A stretch of 58,076 nucleotides of DNA from Candidatus Berkelbacteria bacterium. GTDB lineage: Bacteria; Patescibacteriota; UBA1384; XYA2-FULL-43-10; CAINNR01. Shown here one piece after another: positions 8,898 to 17,702 of the stretch. Location: contig JAPLVG010000014.1 in the NCBI GenBank assembly GCA_026397235.1, forward strand, positions 1 through 58,076. Direction: 5' to 3'. The notes under the pieces are model-generated. The model did not search any database and was not told the DNA's origin. It saw only the letters and a list, made by a program, of their open reading frames with translations. Position numbers and translations under genes: made by a program. Position 1 is the first letter of the stretch, and every line of letters begins with the position of its first letter.

Positions 8898-10196
8898 ATG
8901 GAAAGTTACTATTTTATTCTTGGTCGGGAAAATAAAATCAGCCAAACAGAACTTCAGTGCGTTTTGGCTAGTTTTGATTTTTATTTCGAAGAAATAACCC
9001 CTCGTAGCTCAAGCGAAGCGAAGAGCGAAGTGGGGTGTAAATCCATCTCTATCTTATCTGATCAAGTTTTAGAGATCAAACTTGTTGCAAGTAGAGATCA
9101 AGTCAAAAATTTAATAGATATCCTTGGCGGCACAGTGAAAATTTATCAGAAAATCGCTTCCAGCAATGAAAAAATTGAATCACTACTGTCCGGCGAAAAC
9201 AAATCATCAAAAATAATTTTTGGTCTTTCAAATTACTCTGGAGCGAAGCTTGATACTTTCAGAATGGCATTATCAGCCAAAAAAGCGGCGAAAAAATCAA
9301 TTCGGATTATCAATGGAAAAGAGGACGACAAACTTTCTAGCGCCCAATCATTTCAATACAAAATGGACATTGATAATGTTGAATATGGTGTATTTGAAAC
9401 TGGAATTGGCAAATTAATCGCAGTGCAAAATATTAACGAGTGGACTCGCCACGATTATGGCAAGCCAAAATCCGACGCTAAATCGGGGATGCTGCCGCCT
9501 AAATTGGCCAGAATGATGGTGAATTTGGCAATCGGGCAAGCCGGAATTAAGAATAATGAATCAGGAATTATGAATGAAAACCATAATTCAGCATTCGGTA
9601 TTCATAATTCATGCCTTGTTGTTGACCCTTTCTGTGGCTCGGGCAATGTCTTGATTGAGGCAATTTCTATCGGTTGTGAAGTTGTTGGTTCTGATTTGTC
9701 AGAAAAGGCAGTATCTGACTCAAAAGCTAATTTGGAATGGTTCCTTGACTGTCATTCCCGACCTGATCGGGAATCCACAAATAGTTTGGTAGATTCCCGC
9801 CTTCGCGGGAATGACATTGTTGTTGCTGATGCCACGAAATTTGATTTTTCCACCATCGACCAGGATTTTGTTATCGCGACGGAGCCGTTTTTGGGTCAAC
9901 CACGAAATTCAAAACTTAGGATTGAAGAGGAGAAAGAGGTTAAAGAAGATACAAAACGATTATATTTGGATTTTTTGAAGAATCTGCAAAGTGCCGGCAG
10001 TAAACTACAAACTATAGCAATAGTTTTTCCGCTCTTCGAACTGGCCAACGGGAAAAAATTGTCAATTTTTGACCATTGTGTTGACTTTATCCGTGATATC
10101 GGCTATACTCTGATATATCCGCCTATGGAATATGGGCGTGAATATCAGATCGTAAAGCGACAAATCGTTATATTAAAGCTATCAGCTGACAGCTAA
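8898..10196 (+). CDS. Trm11/UPF0020-like RNA (guanine-N2?) methyltransferase carrying an in-frame repeat insertion
   Basis: N-terminus YYFILGRENKISQTELQCVL resembles Trm11/THUMP-type MTases. Motif I is VVDPFCGSGNVLIEA and the motif IV-like segment is IATEPFLGQP. The 65-nt repeat at 9751-9815 lies between them and is read through (CHSRPDRESTNSLVDSRLRGND). Confidence 0.55.
   Translation: MESYYFILGRENKISQTELQCVLASFDFYFEEITPRSSSEAKSEVGCKSISILSDQVLEIKLVASRDQVKNLIDILGGTVKIYQKIASSNEKIESLLSGENKSSKIIFGLSNYSGAKLDTFRMALSAKKAAKKSIRIINGKEDDKLSSAQSFQYKMDIDNVEYGVFETGIGKLIAVQNINEWTRHDYGKPKSDAKSGMLPPKLARMMVNLAIGQAGIKNNESGIMNENHNSAFGIHNSCLVVDPFCGSGNVLIEAISIGCEVVGSDLSEKAVSDSKANLEWFLDCHSRPDRESTNSLVDSRLRGNDIVVADATKFDFSTIDQDFVIATEPFLGQPRNSKLRIEEEKEVKEDTKRLYLDFLKNLQSAGSKLQTIAIVFPLFELANGKKLSIFDHCVDFIRDIGYTLIYPPMEYGREYQIVKRQIVILKLSADS
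9751..9815 (+). repeat. 65-nt twin-hairpin element, intragenic copy
   Basis: 62/65 identical to 10493-10557. Hairpin 1 is ATTCCCGA-N5-TCGGGAAT; hairpin 2 is ATTCCCGC-CTTC-GCGGGAAT followed by GAC. Confidence 0.9.
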
Positions 10197-10217
10197 TAGC
10201 TATTAGCTTAAAGAAAA

Positions 10218-10490
10218 ATGGCACATAAGAAAGCTGGCGGTAGTACAAGTTTAGGACGGGATAGCGTCTCCAAGCGACTCGGAGTCAAGCTTTTTGGTGG
10301 TGAGAAAATTGTTGCGGGTAACATTATTATTCGACAAAAAGGCACCAAATATCTTGCTGGTGACAATGTCGGTGAGGGCAATGATCGAACGCTTTATGCC
10401 AAAAAAGATGGCGTTGTGAAATTTTCCGAAGTTAGAAAAAAGACTTTTTCCGGTTCCGGTGTCAAAAAAACCAAAGTGACAATTGTATAA
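10218..10490 (+). CDS. rpmA: 50S ribosomal protein L27
   Basis: [45 protein letters not shown] is a canonical L27 sequence. Confidence 0.95.
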   Translation: MAHKKAGGSTSLGRDSVSKRLGVKLFGGEKIVAGNIIIRQKGTKYLAGDNVGEGNDRTLYAKKDGVVKFSEVRKKTFSGSGVKKTKVTIV

Positions 10491-10492
10491 TT

Positions 10493-10557
10493 GTCATTCC
10501 CGACTTGATCGGGAATCCGCAAATAGTTTAGTAGATTCCCGCCTTCGCGGGAATGAC
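10493..10557 (+). repeat. 65-nt twin-hairpin element, intergenic copy
   Basis: Starts 3 nt after the rpmA stop; 62/65 identical to 9751-9815. Confidence 0.9.
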
Positions 10558-10893
10558 GTGCCAGGTTTCTGACAAAAGGCATCCATTGCCTGTTTTTTGT
10601 CAGCAACCTATTTGGTTGGAAATCCTCCGAGGTTTTAGGAGGTAAAAATGATGAAGGAGGTTGTGTAAGAAAAAGTGGCATGCGTGTGCCACTTGCGGTG
10701 AGCGTTTTCAGTCGAGCGAAACTTCGCCGCAATGTCCAAAATGTCAGAGCCCGACAGCTTCGGAGGCGTAAGCCCTTGAACCGCGCGTTGGCGCGGTCAC
10801 TTTCCGGAAGGGCCAAATCCCATGATACAGGTAGATCACATCGCAGCACTTCCTAGTTCATGGGTAGGGGGCCCAAACTAGGAGACGTTTCAG

Positions 10894-11058
10894 ATGACGT
10901 ACGACGAAGTTCAAAAACTTCCACAGCCAGCCCCGGGTTTCAGGGAGCTGAACGGCAAGGCCGTTAGGGAGTCAATGCTGATTAGCACCGTTGCTGCCGA
11001 TGTTTCGGCGTTTTCGGCTGCAACCCGCGGCGGAGGCATCGAAGACGGACGCAGCTAG
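10894..11058 (+). CDS. possible small G+C-rich ORF (54 aa)
   Basis: Own translation MTYDEVQKLPQPAPGFRELNGKAVRESMLISTVAADVSAFSAATRGGGIEDGRS*, with AGGAGA 7 nt upstream. Below the track size cutoff. Confidence 0.25.
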   Translation: MTYDEVQKLPQPAPGFRELNGKAVRESMLISTVAADVSAFSAATRGGGIEDGRS

Positions 11059-11282
11059 CATTCTATGACAACTGCAGAGTTATCGACTGTGACAAAAGCC
11101 AGGCTGGTTTTTACCGGTCTGGATCGCCGTGAAAAACGGCACGAAGCAACTGGCAGAGTCGCGAGAGCCACTCTGCCACGTACTGATTATCGAAAAATAC
11201 CCGGTCGATGCATGCAGTTTGTGCATCGACCCGTTCCCTCTGGATTCAAATTATTAAATACAGAGAAAACGGAATTAATTAG

Positions 11283-11316
11283 ATTGCCGCGTCGCTCAGC
11301 CGCTCCTCGCAATGAC
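11283..11316. repeat. hairpin-GAC repeat variant (ATTGC...GCAAT-GAC)
   Basis: ATTGCCGCGTCGCTCAGCCGCTCCTCGCAATGAC; a similar unit lies at ~5250-5288. Confidence 0.4.
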
Positions 11317-11327
11317 AAAAGAACATT

Positions 11328-11861
11328 ATGCACAAAGTAAACCTGTCAAAATTCATGAAAAAGAATATCCCGGATATTAACACCGGCGATACTATTAAAG
11401 TTCATCAAAAAATCAAAGAAGGTGACAAAGAGCGCGTTCAGATTTTTGAAGGTTTGGTCATTGCTACTCATGGTGGGAAAAGCCTGGATGGTTCATTTAC
11501 CGTTCGTAAGGAATCATTTGGTGTTGGCGTTGAGAGAATTTTTCCAATTCATTCTCCACGCGTTGTCAAAGTTGAGCGGATTAAACAATCAAAAGTTCGT
11601 CGAAGCAAACTATATTTTATGCGCGAACTTTCCGGCAAAAATGCTAGGTTGAAAGAGTTAAATCGCGAATATGCAATGTGGGAAGAAAAAGGTGTTGAGG
11701 AAGAATTAGAAAAAATTGCCGAAGAAACCGCCAAGTTAGCTGAAGCTGCTGCTGCGGAAAAAGAAGCCGAGGAAGCCGAGCTAGAGAAAAAAGCTGAGAC
11801 TGCAATCAAAGCTCACAAAAAAGTTGAAGATTCAAAAATAGAGGGCAAAGAGGATAAATAA
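11328..11861 (+). CDS. rplS: 50S ribosomal protein L19 with a Lys/Glu/Ala-rich C-terminal extension
   Basis: GDTIKVHQKIKEGDKERVQIFEGLVIATHGG...FTVRKESFGVGVERIFPIHSPRV...RRSKLYFMREL. About 55 extra C-terminal residues. The start may be 11355. Confidence 0.93.
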   Translation: MHKVNLSKFMKKNIPDINTGDTIKVHQKIKEGDKERVQIFEGLVIATHGGKSLDGSFTVRKESFGVGVERIFPIHSPRVVKVERIKQSKVRRSKLYFMRELSGKNARLKELNREYAMWEEKGVEEELEKIAEETAKLAEAAAAEKEAEEAELEKKAETAIKAHKKVEDSKIEGKEDK

Positions 11862-12000
11862 AAAGTTAATTATTTTTCGCTTTTAGCTTTACATTTTGCA
11901 CTTGTAATACACCCCAGCGATGGTGGTGTTTTTTGATTGTGATATAATTTATTTGTTTTATTTGATATTATCCCTTTATTTTTGAGAAAAGGAGACGAAG

Positions 12001-12231
12001 ATGTTTAGTGAAACAAATCCTAACAGTGAATCAGAAATCGGAGAATCTCCAGAGGAGATGAAAAAAAGAAGACTCGCAGAGTTGCGCGAAGAAGGTCAAA
12101 ATGGTGGCACTGTTGATCATGACGCTGATCGACAGGTCAGACTTGTTGAGCATAATAAAGAAGTCCAAACTGAATTTCTGAACAATCATCCAGAACTTAT
12201 TAGAAAGCAAAAGCCAACTTCAGAAGAATAA
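12001..12231 (+). CDS. hypothetical acidic protein (76 aa)
   Basis: AAGGAGA SD 5-6 nt upstream of the ATG; no family recognised. Confidence 0.45.
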   Translation: MFSETNPNSESEIGESPEEMKKRRLAELREEGQNGGTVDHDADRQVRLVEHNKEVQTEFLNNHPELIRKQKPTSEE

Positions 12232-12262
12232 AAAACCGACCTGCATGGTGCGAGGCCGGATG

Positions 12263-12847
12263 CTACTTGAGATCAAAGGAGAATCCGACGGTGACGTGCG
12301 GATTGTTGGTAAACAATTTGACTTCAAGATGTTTGCCAACTTTTCTGACTACACCAATGCCAATGTCGTGTTCTCTTGGGTTCCATTGACCTCGTAGTAG
12401 AATCTTTGTTTCGGATCCCGCGGTCAATAGTTCCCATCGTTCTATTTCCACTGATGGAACTAATCCGGCGTGCGCCATCAATGGCTGGTAATAGCGCAAC
12501 GAGTTTCTACTTGTCAGATAGTGAATCTGAAAGTAGATTTCCTGCTCGCCGTGGCGAAACGGCGAAGATGGTTGTTTCTGGATTGCCATTAGCCCAAGTA
12601 AAACTGGTTTATGAAGGCAATCAGTACCACCTCCAATCACCCGCCAACTCATAGCGATTTCATCGAAGCCAGATAGATTGTGGCGGAAACGGAAGTTGGC
12701 TATGGTCATATCAAGCGTCACCGTAGCCAAATTCTGGCTAATTTCAGCATTGATAATGTTCGGCAGTTCCGGCCAGACTTCCTCTTTTTCCTCCGCCCAA
12801 AGGCTGGCGGAAAGAATCATTGCGACAAAAATCATTGCTATTCTCAC
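12263..12847 (-). CDS. secreted hypothetical protein (signal peptide), G+C-rich ORFan
   Basis: GTG start behind CTAGGAGGTGG. N-terminus is MRIAMIFVAMILSASLWAEEKE. TGC-TATAAT extended -10 (minus strand) at 12887-12895. Confidence 0.55.
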   Translation of the reverse strand: MRIAMIFVAMILSASLWAEEKEEVWPELPNIINAEISQNLATVTLDMTIANFRFRHNLSGFDEIAMSWRVIGGGTDCLHKPVLLGLMAIQKQPSSPFRHGEQEIYFQIHYLTSRNSLRYYQPLMAHAGLVPSVEIERWELLTAGSETKILLRGQWNPREHDIGIGVVRKVGKHLEVKLFTNNPHVTVGFSFDLK

Positions 12848-12908
12848 ATTGCCACCTCCTAGGGGTGGATATTTTGTCCTGTGGTGATTATAGCATTATA
12901 ATAGGTTT

Positions 12909-13256
12909 ATGGATAAAACAAAGAACAAATCCACCGGAAATTGGGGGGAGGATAGGGCGACAGGGTATCTGGAAAAAATCGGTTATGAAATTATTGAGCG
13001 GAATTTAAAATTATTTTGTGGCGAAATTGATATTTTGGCCCGGGATAAAAAAACTATCGTTGTAGTGGAGGTCAAAACGGTTTGGGGAAGCGGCTGGGGA
13101 ACGGCGATTGAACTTGTCAGGCGGAAAAAGGAGAAAAAACTGCGATTATTGGCGTCAGTAATTACTAAAGATTATCCAAAAGAAAATATTCGGGTTGATG
13201 TCATAGGTATTGATAGCGGGGTTCTAACACATATAAAAAATGCAGTCGGAGGTTGA
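12909..13256 (+). CDS. yraN: YraN-family (UPF0102) endonuclease-like protein
   Basis: GEDRATGYLEKIGYEIIERNLKLFCGEIDILARDKKTIVVVEVKT is the typical YraN core. Confidence 0.85.
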   Translation: MDKTKNKSTGNWGEDRATGYLEKIGYEIIERNLKLFCGEIDILARDKKTIVVVEVKTVWGSGWGTAIELVRRKKEKKLRLLASVITKDYPKENIRVDVIGIDSGVLTHIKNAVGG

Positions 13257-13441
13257 CAGGCGAAGAAAAATCAGCTATTTTTATGATTGATTGATCTGGT
13301 GATGAGACCCGGATCCTCAAAGCCAAGTCGATCGCCCCGCGGTTGATTATTGCCGCAGGGCTGCGTACCTGTGCGCCGGAGCCAGTCAAGGTTTCGGCGC
13401 ATTAGCTTTTTATTCGCAAAGTTTTCTGATAAATTAAAGCT

Positions 13442-14794
13442 ATGATTAAAACTCGTTTTGCTCCTAGCCCGACTGGGCAATTGCATATCGGCAGTGCCAG
13501 AACTGCGCTTTTTGCTTTTCTTTTTGCCAAACATAACGAAGGAGAATTTGCGCTCCGAATTGAGGATACCGACCAGGGACGCTCAACTAAAGAATTTGAA
13601 AAAAATATTCTCGAAGGACTTGATTGGTTGGGGATTAACCACGATGGTGAAATTTTGTATCAATCCAGCCGACTTGAGATATATAAATCGGCAGTTGAAA
13701 AGTTGGTTCAGAATGGTTTTGCTGTCGAAAAGGATGGGGCAATAGTTTTACAAGCCAAAGAAGCACTGGAAAAGTTAGGTATTCCTCTTGAACCAATAAA
13801 AACTTTTGTCGGATGGAGAGGTGAAAAAACGAGAGAGAATGGCGTCGCTTATTTTCTTAAAAATATTGGTGATGATTTGATTCATGGCAAAATTTCTGGA
13901 GCGATATCCGACACTGTTCTTTTGCGTTCCGATGGCACGCCAACTTTTCATTTGGCAGTTGTAATTGATGATGAGGAAATGGGAATTACTCATGTTGTGC
14001 GGGGCGATGACCACTTATCAAATACGCCTTTGCATATCATCTTACAAAAATTATTTAACTATAATATTCCAAAATATGCTCATATTCCGATGATTTTGGG
14101 AACCGACCGATCTAAACTTTCCAAGCGCCATGCCGCAACTGCGGTTTCAGATTATAAAAAAATGGGATATTTGCCAGAAGCGCTTGTAAACTTTATGGCG
14201 CTTCTTGGTTGGAATCCGAAAGATGATCGGGAAATATTTTCGCTTGATGATCTTATCCGTGAATTCAAACTGGAAAATGTAAATAAAAGTGGTGCGATTT
14301 TTGATATTGAAAAACTCAACTGGATGAACGGGGGATATATTCAAGTCGAAAGTCCAAAGGCCAAAGTCGAAAGCCTGAAGGATTTTGGTGTTGATGAGCT
14401 ATCAGTTGGTGAATCGGAATTGATCAGCCGCGGTGGATTTAAAACCTTGCAGGAAGCTGCTGATTACATTACTCAGCTACGAAAAACGCCGGAATATGAT
14501 TCGTCATTGTTAATTTTCAAAAAATCAGATAAAGAAAAAACCAATATCGGATTAAAAACTACTAGTGAAAAACTATCCAACGCTGATTGGTCGGAGGAAT
14601 TACTGCAAAAAGCATTGGAATCAGTCGTATCAGAGAAAAATTTAACGAACGGCGATGTATTTTGGCCGGTGCGAGTGGCACTATCAGGCGCGGAAAAATC
14701 GCCTAGCCCAGTAGAATTACTATTGGCATTAGGGAAAGACGAATCAATCAAACGAATTACAAAAGCTATAAATGGACTCGAAAACCAAAACTAA
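13442..14794 (+). CDS. gltX: glutamyl-tRNA synthetase
   Basis: HIGH motif (PSPTGQLHIGSART), KMSKS-like KLSKRH, and the class I GluRS layout. Confidence 0.95.
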   Translation: MIKTRFAPSPTGQLHIGSARTALFAFLFAKHNEGEFALRIEDTDQGRSTKEFEKNILEGLDWLGINHDGEILYQSSRLEIYKSAVEKLVQNGFAVEKDGAIVLQAKEALEKLGIPLEPIKTFVGWRGEKTRENGVAYFLKNIGDDLIHGKISGAISDTVLLRSDGTPTFHLAVVIDDEEMGITHVVRGDDHLSNTPLHIILQKLFNYNIPKYAHIPMILGTDRSKLSKRHAATAVSDYKKMGYLPEALVNFMALLGWNPKDDREIFSLDDLIREFKLENVNKSGAIFDIEKLNWMNGGYIQVESPKAKVESLKDFGVDELSVGESELISRGGFKTLQEAADYITQLRKTPEYDSSLLIFKKSDKEKTNIGLKTTSEKLSNADWSEELLQKALESVVSEKNLTNGDVFWPVRVALSGAEKSPSPVELLLALGKDESIKRITKAINGLENQN

Positions 14795-15887
14795 AATAAT
14801 CCAAGTTATTGCTGATTCGGCAATTGGTGGTGGGCCGAGGCATGTTTTGGGACTTCTAAATAATATCGATAAGGCAAAGTTTGACGTACTTCTGATCGCG
14901 CCGCGTGGCTGGTTAACAACAGAAGCGATGAAAATTAAGGATATCAAAGTAAAAATCGTCGAATTTGCCAGTAAATGGGATTTATCATCTTTCACAAAAC
15001 TCAAAAAAGATATCGCTGAATTTCGCAAAAGCGGTGATCCGTTTGCGCCAATAATTATCCATGCTCACGGGCCACGGGCTGGGTCATTTTGTCGGCTAGC
15101 CGTTCGTCATGGCGAGAAGCTTGTGTACACCGAACATATTTGGAGCGCTGATTACCATCTTAAAAATCCTATTAATTCAATTTTGCAAAGAGCTGGCTTG
15201 AAAGCGATTTATCATCGGTCCGATCTAGTAATAGCAGTATCGAAGTCGGTGAAAAGTTTTGCTAATAAGCTTGGAGTTGATGAAAGGAAAATTCGTGTCA
15301 TACCAAACGCAGTTCAGGTAGAGGACACAGAGAGAAAATCATCGCACGATGGGCTTTTGGTTGGAACAATTGGTTCTCTAAACCGACAAAAAGGTCATAT
15401 CTATCTTATAGAAGCGTTCAAGAGAGTCGTTGCTAGCTTGCCAAAATCTCGGTTAGAGATTGTTGGTGATGGGCCAGAGAAAGAAAAACTTCTAGCAAAA
15501 ATTCAGGAACTCGATTTAGAAAAGTACGTTCAGCTCTTGGGTAGAGATGATAAACCCAAAAAATATTTAGATAAGTGGGATTTATTTGTACTGCCATCGT
15601 TGTCGGAAACGTTTGGGCTGGTGATTTTGGAGGCTTTTCAGTCACGAGTACCAGTTGTTGCCACTAGGGTTGGTGGTATACCAGAATTAATTATTGACGA
15701 CAAAACTGGGTACTTGGTCCCGCCAGCTGACTCAGAAAAACTGGCCAAGGCTATTTCCTATCTTTTGGTGGAGAAAAAGAATCGGGAATCATTGGCCAAT
15801 GAAGCCTACGAGCTTTTGAAAAAAGACTATGACTGGAGTAAAATAATAAAGGTGATTGAAGTGGAATATCAGAAACTAACTAGGTAA
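14772..15887 (+). CDS. GT4-family (GT-B) glycosyltransferase
   Basis: C-terminal EX7E-type region (PSLSETFGLVILEAFQSRVPVVATRVGGIPELI). Overlaps the gltX 3' end by 23 nt. Confidence 0.8.
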   Translation: MDSKTKTKIIQVIADSAIGGGPRHVLGLLNNIDKAKFDVLLIAPRGWLTTEAMKIKDIKVKIVEFASKWDLSSFTKLKKDIAEFRKSGDPFAPIIIHAHGPRAGSFCRLAVRHGEKLVYTEHIWSADYHLKNPINSILQRAGLKAIYHRSDLVIAVSKSVKSFANKLGVDERKIRVIPNAVQVEDTERKSSHDGLLVGTIGSLNRQKGHIYLIEAFKRVVASLPKSRLEIVGDGPEKEKLLAKIQELDLEKYVQLLGRDDKPKKYLDKWDLFVLPSLSETFGLVILEAFQSRVPVVATRVGGIPELIIDDKTGYLVPPADSEKLAKAISYLLVEKKNRESLANEAYELLKKDYDWSKIIKVIEVEYQKLTR

Positions 15888-15899
15888 ACTAGGGGGAAA

Positions 15900-16658
15900 A
15901 TGTTTTGGCAGAAAGAGAAAAATCAGGACATTTGGGCGGCATACAGTGATGTCATGAAGATTCATTTAATTTCTCGTGTAACCGCTGATAGGGTTTTGGT
16001 ATTAGCGCCACACCCAGATGATGATGTTTTGGGTTGTGGCGGACTTCTGAAGTCTTTATCTGAGAGTGGATCTAATATTAAAATCATTTATTTTACTGAT
16101 GGATCACGTGGAAATCGCGAGGCTAAGTTTTCTGAAAATTTGATTGCGGAGCGGGAAAATGAAGCAATCGAAGCTGGCAAAGTTTTAAAGGTGTTTGAAC
16201 AAAAGTTTCTCCGCCTGCCACACAACGCCTTGAAATCCAGCATTGATTTGGCAGCGATTATTAGAAAAGAAATTGAATTTGATAAGCCGGACTTAATATT
16301 AGCACCGTCACTTGAGGAGCCGCATCCGGATCACTTAGCGGTTCTGGAAGCACTGAACATAAGCCTAAAAAATTATTCAGATGGCTTAAATATTTGGTTG
16401 TACGAAGTTTTTGGCACTGGTAGGTTGAACCGGCTTTTTATTATTGATGATTTTATAGAGACCAAAATTGAGGCGCTAAAGTGTCATAAAAGCCAATACA
16501 AAATCAAAGAATACGATGAGGCAATTTTGTCACTAAATAAATTCCGAGCGCTATCGGCTAATGTGGGAAAGTATGCCGAGGGCTATTATGCAACTGGCCC
16601 ACGCACATATACTAAGTTGTTTGATTTCTATCAACGGCATCACGAAAGCAAAATATGA
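15900..16658 (+). CDS. PIG-L/LmbE-family N-acetylglucosaminyl deacetylase
   Basis: APHPDDDVLGCGG and HPDH zinc-binding motifs. Confidence 0.8.
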   Translation: MFWQKEKNQDIWAAYSDVMKIHLISRVTADRVLVLAPHPDDDVLGCGGLLKSLSESGSNIKIIYFTDGSRGNREAKFSENLIAERENEAIEAGKVLKVFEQKFLRLPHNALKSSIDLAAIIRKEIEFDKPDLILAPSLEEPHPDHLAVLEALNISLKNYSDGLNIWLYEVFGTGRLNRLFIIDDFIETKIEALKCHKSQYKIKEYDEAILSLNKFRALSANVGKYAEGYYATGPRTYTKLFDFYQRHHESKI

Positions 16659-17413
16659 GCATAAAGAAGCGATTACTCTCAGCTTTTAGAGCTATGAATT
16701 TTGCTGCTGCGGAAGCTGGCTGGCAGGTTTTTGTCTCTGGCTGTGATTTTAAAGTTGTAGAGGATCTTCCGGAAACTGATATTTTAATTATCTCCCCACA
16801 CCCTGATGACGAGATTTTTGCTTGTTCCGGAGTAATATCTGGAGTAAATAAGAAGCGAAAAATTAAAATTACCTACATTTTCTCTGGAGACAAGCAATCA
16901 CAATCAGAGCGATCTAAAGTCAGAGAAGAAGAGTCAAAAAGTGCGGTGGAGCAGTCTGCAAATCTTGAGCAAATATTTTTTCGTCAGCCAGACAATTCAA
17001 TCATTACTAAGCAAACAATAGCCGATCTTTCAGCAGTTGTCTTGGAAATGAAGCCGGGGATTATTCTGATGCCGAGCTTTTCTTGCCCTAACGACGACCA
17101 CCGTGAGGCAACTCGAGCAGTTGCTGAAGCATTAAAATTGGCAAAGATAAAAGGCTTTGATCTCGGTAAAATTTCCATTTGGCTTTACGGTGTTTGGGGC
17201 CCACTACCATATTTCAATCGGTTACTAAAAGTTAATATGGCGGAAAAGGAGAAATCAATGGAGAAATTTTTTTCGCAGCACAAAGATCGAAATTATATTA
17301 AAGCAATTAAATCACTAGATGATTATTATGGTGAGGTTTACGGCCTGGCCTATCCAGCTGAGGCCTTTTTCGCCGGCCCAGCGGATTTGCTGCTCAAATT
17401 ATATAAAAAGTAA
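16655..17413 (+). CDS. PIG-L/LmbE-family deacetylase paralogue
   Basis: SPHPDDEIFACSG and NDDHREA motifs; 4-nt overlap with the upstream paralogue. Confidence 0.75.
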   Translation: MSIKKRLLSAFRAMNFAAAEAGWQVFVSGCDFKVVEDLPETDILIISPHPDDEIFACSGVISGVNKKRKIKITYIFSGDKQSQSERSKVREEESKSAVEQSANLEQIFFRQPDNSIITKQTIADLSAVVLEMKPGIILMPSFSCPNDDHREATRAVAEALKLAKIKGFDLGKISIWLYGVWGPLPYFNRLLKVNMAEKEKSMEKFFSQHKDRNYIKAIKSLDDYYGEVYGLAYPAEAFFAGPADLLLKLYKK

Positions 17414-17438
17414 TTATTTAAAATAACTAACAAAAAAA

Positions 17439-17463
17439 AGAGCATCACTTGCTCTATTTTTTT
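17439..17463 (+). terminator. rho-independent terminator (bidirectional shape)
   Basis: AGAGCA-N4-TGCTCT flanked by an A8 run and a T-run. Confidence 0.6.
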
Positions 17464-17481
17464 GGTTCCCGGGCTAGGGGT
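17463..17481. repeat. 19-nt direct repeat of the tRNA-Gln 3' end
   Basis: TGGTTCCCGGGCTAGGGGT is identical to 17629-17647. The 147 nt between the copies contain two perfect hairpins. Confidence 0.85.
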
Positions 17482-17628
17482 TTCACGCGCCACTCCATGG
17501 CTTTTCAAAACCCACGGTTTTGAATAATTTCCTTCCACGGGAAAACAACTGTTTTCCCGACCCCTTTCGTGTTCGACCACTTGCTATCGACCAATTTAAA
17601 AAAATCAGACAGGCTGATCCTTTTAAAT

Positions 17629-17702
17629 TGGTTCCCGGGCTAGGGGTCGAACCTAGATTAATGGAGCCAGAATCCACCGTACTGCCATTATACTACCCGG
17701 GA
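17629..17702 (-). tRNA. tRNA-Gln (anticodon CTG), CCA encoded
   Basis: Manual cloverleaf: acceptor TCCCGGG/CCCGGGA (U1-A72), D arm GTAT/GTAC, anticodon loop TTCTGGC, T arm CTAGG-TTCGACC-CCTAG, discriminator A, CCA. Confidence 0.9.

Noticed and set aside
10394-10849. Track ORF (-) of 151 aa overlapping rpmA, and ORF 11065..11340 (+)
   Set aside because: The first is antisense to a canonical L27 gene and runs through the twin-hairpin repeat. The second has no SD, ends inside rplS and translates a repeat.
12263-12847. Outer-membrane beta-barrel interpretation of the secreted G+C-rich protein
   Set aside because: The only support is a signal peptide and a few alternating-hydrophobic stretches. 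There is no terminal aromatic residue, and the host is inferred to be monoderm. It is kept as a secreted hypothetical protein.
13271-13534. Track ORF (-) of 87 aa upstream of and overlapping gltX; also considered as a T-box or SRP RNA in the G+C-rich patch 13290-13400
   Set aside because: It has no SD and overlaps the gltX start. No T-box (AGGGTGGTACCGCG-like) or SRP domain IV motif was found. It is listed only as one of the G+C-rich patches.
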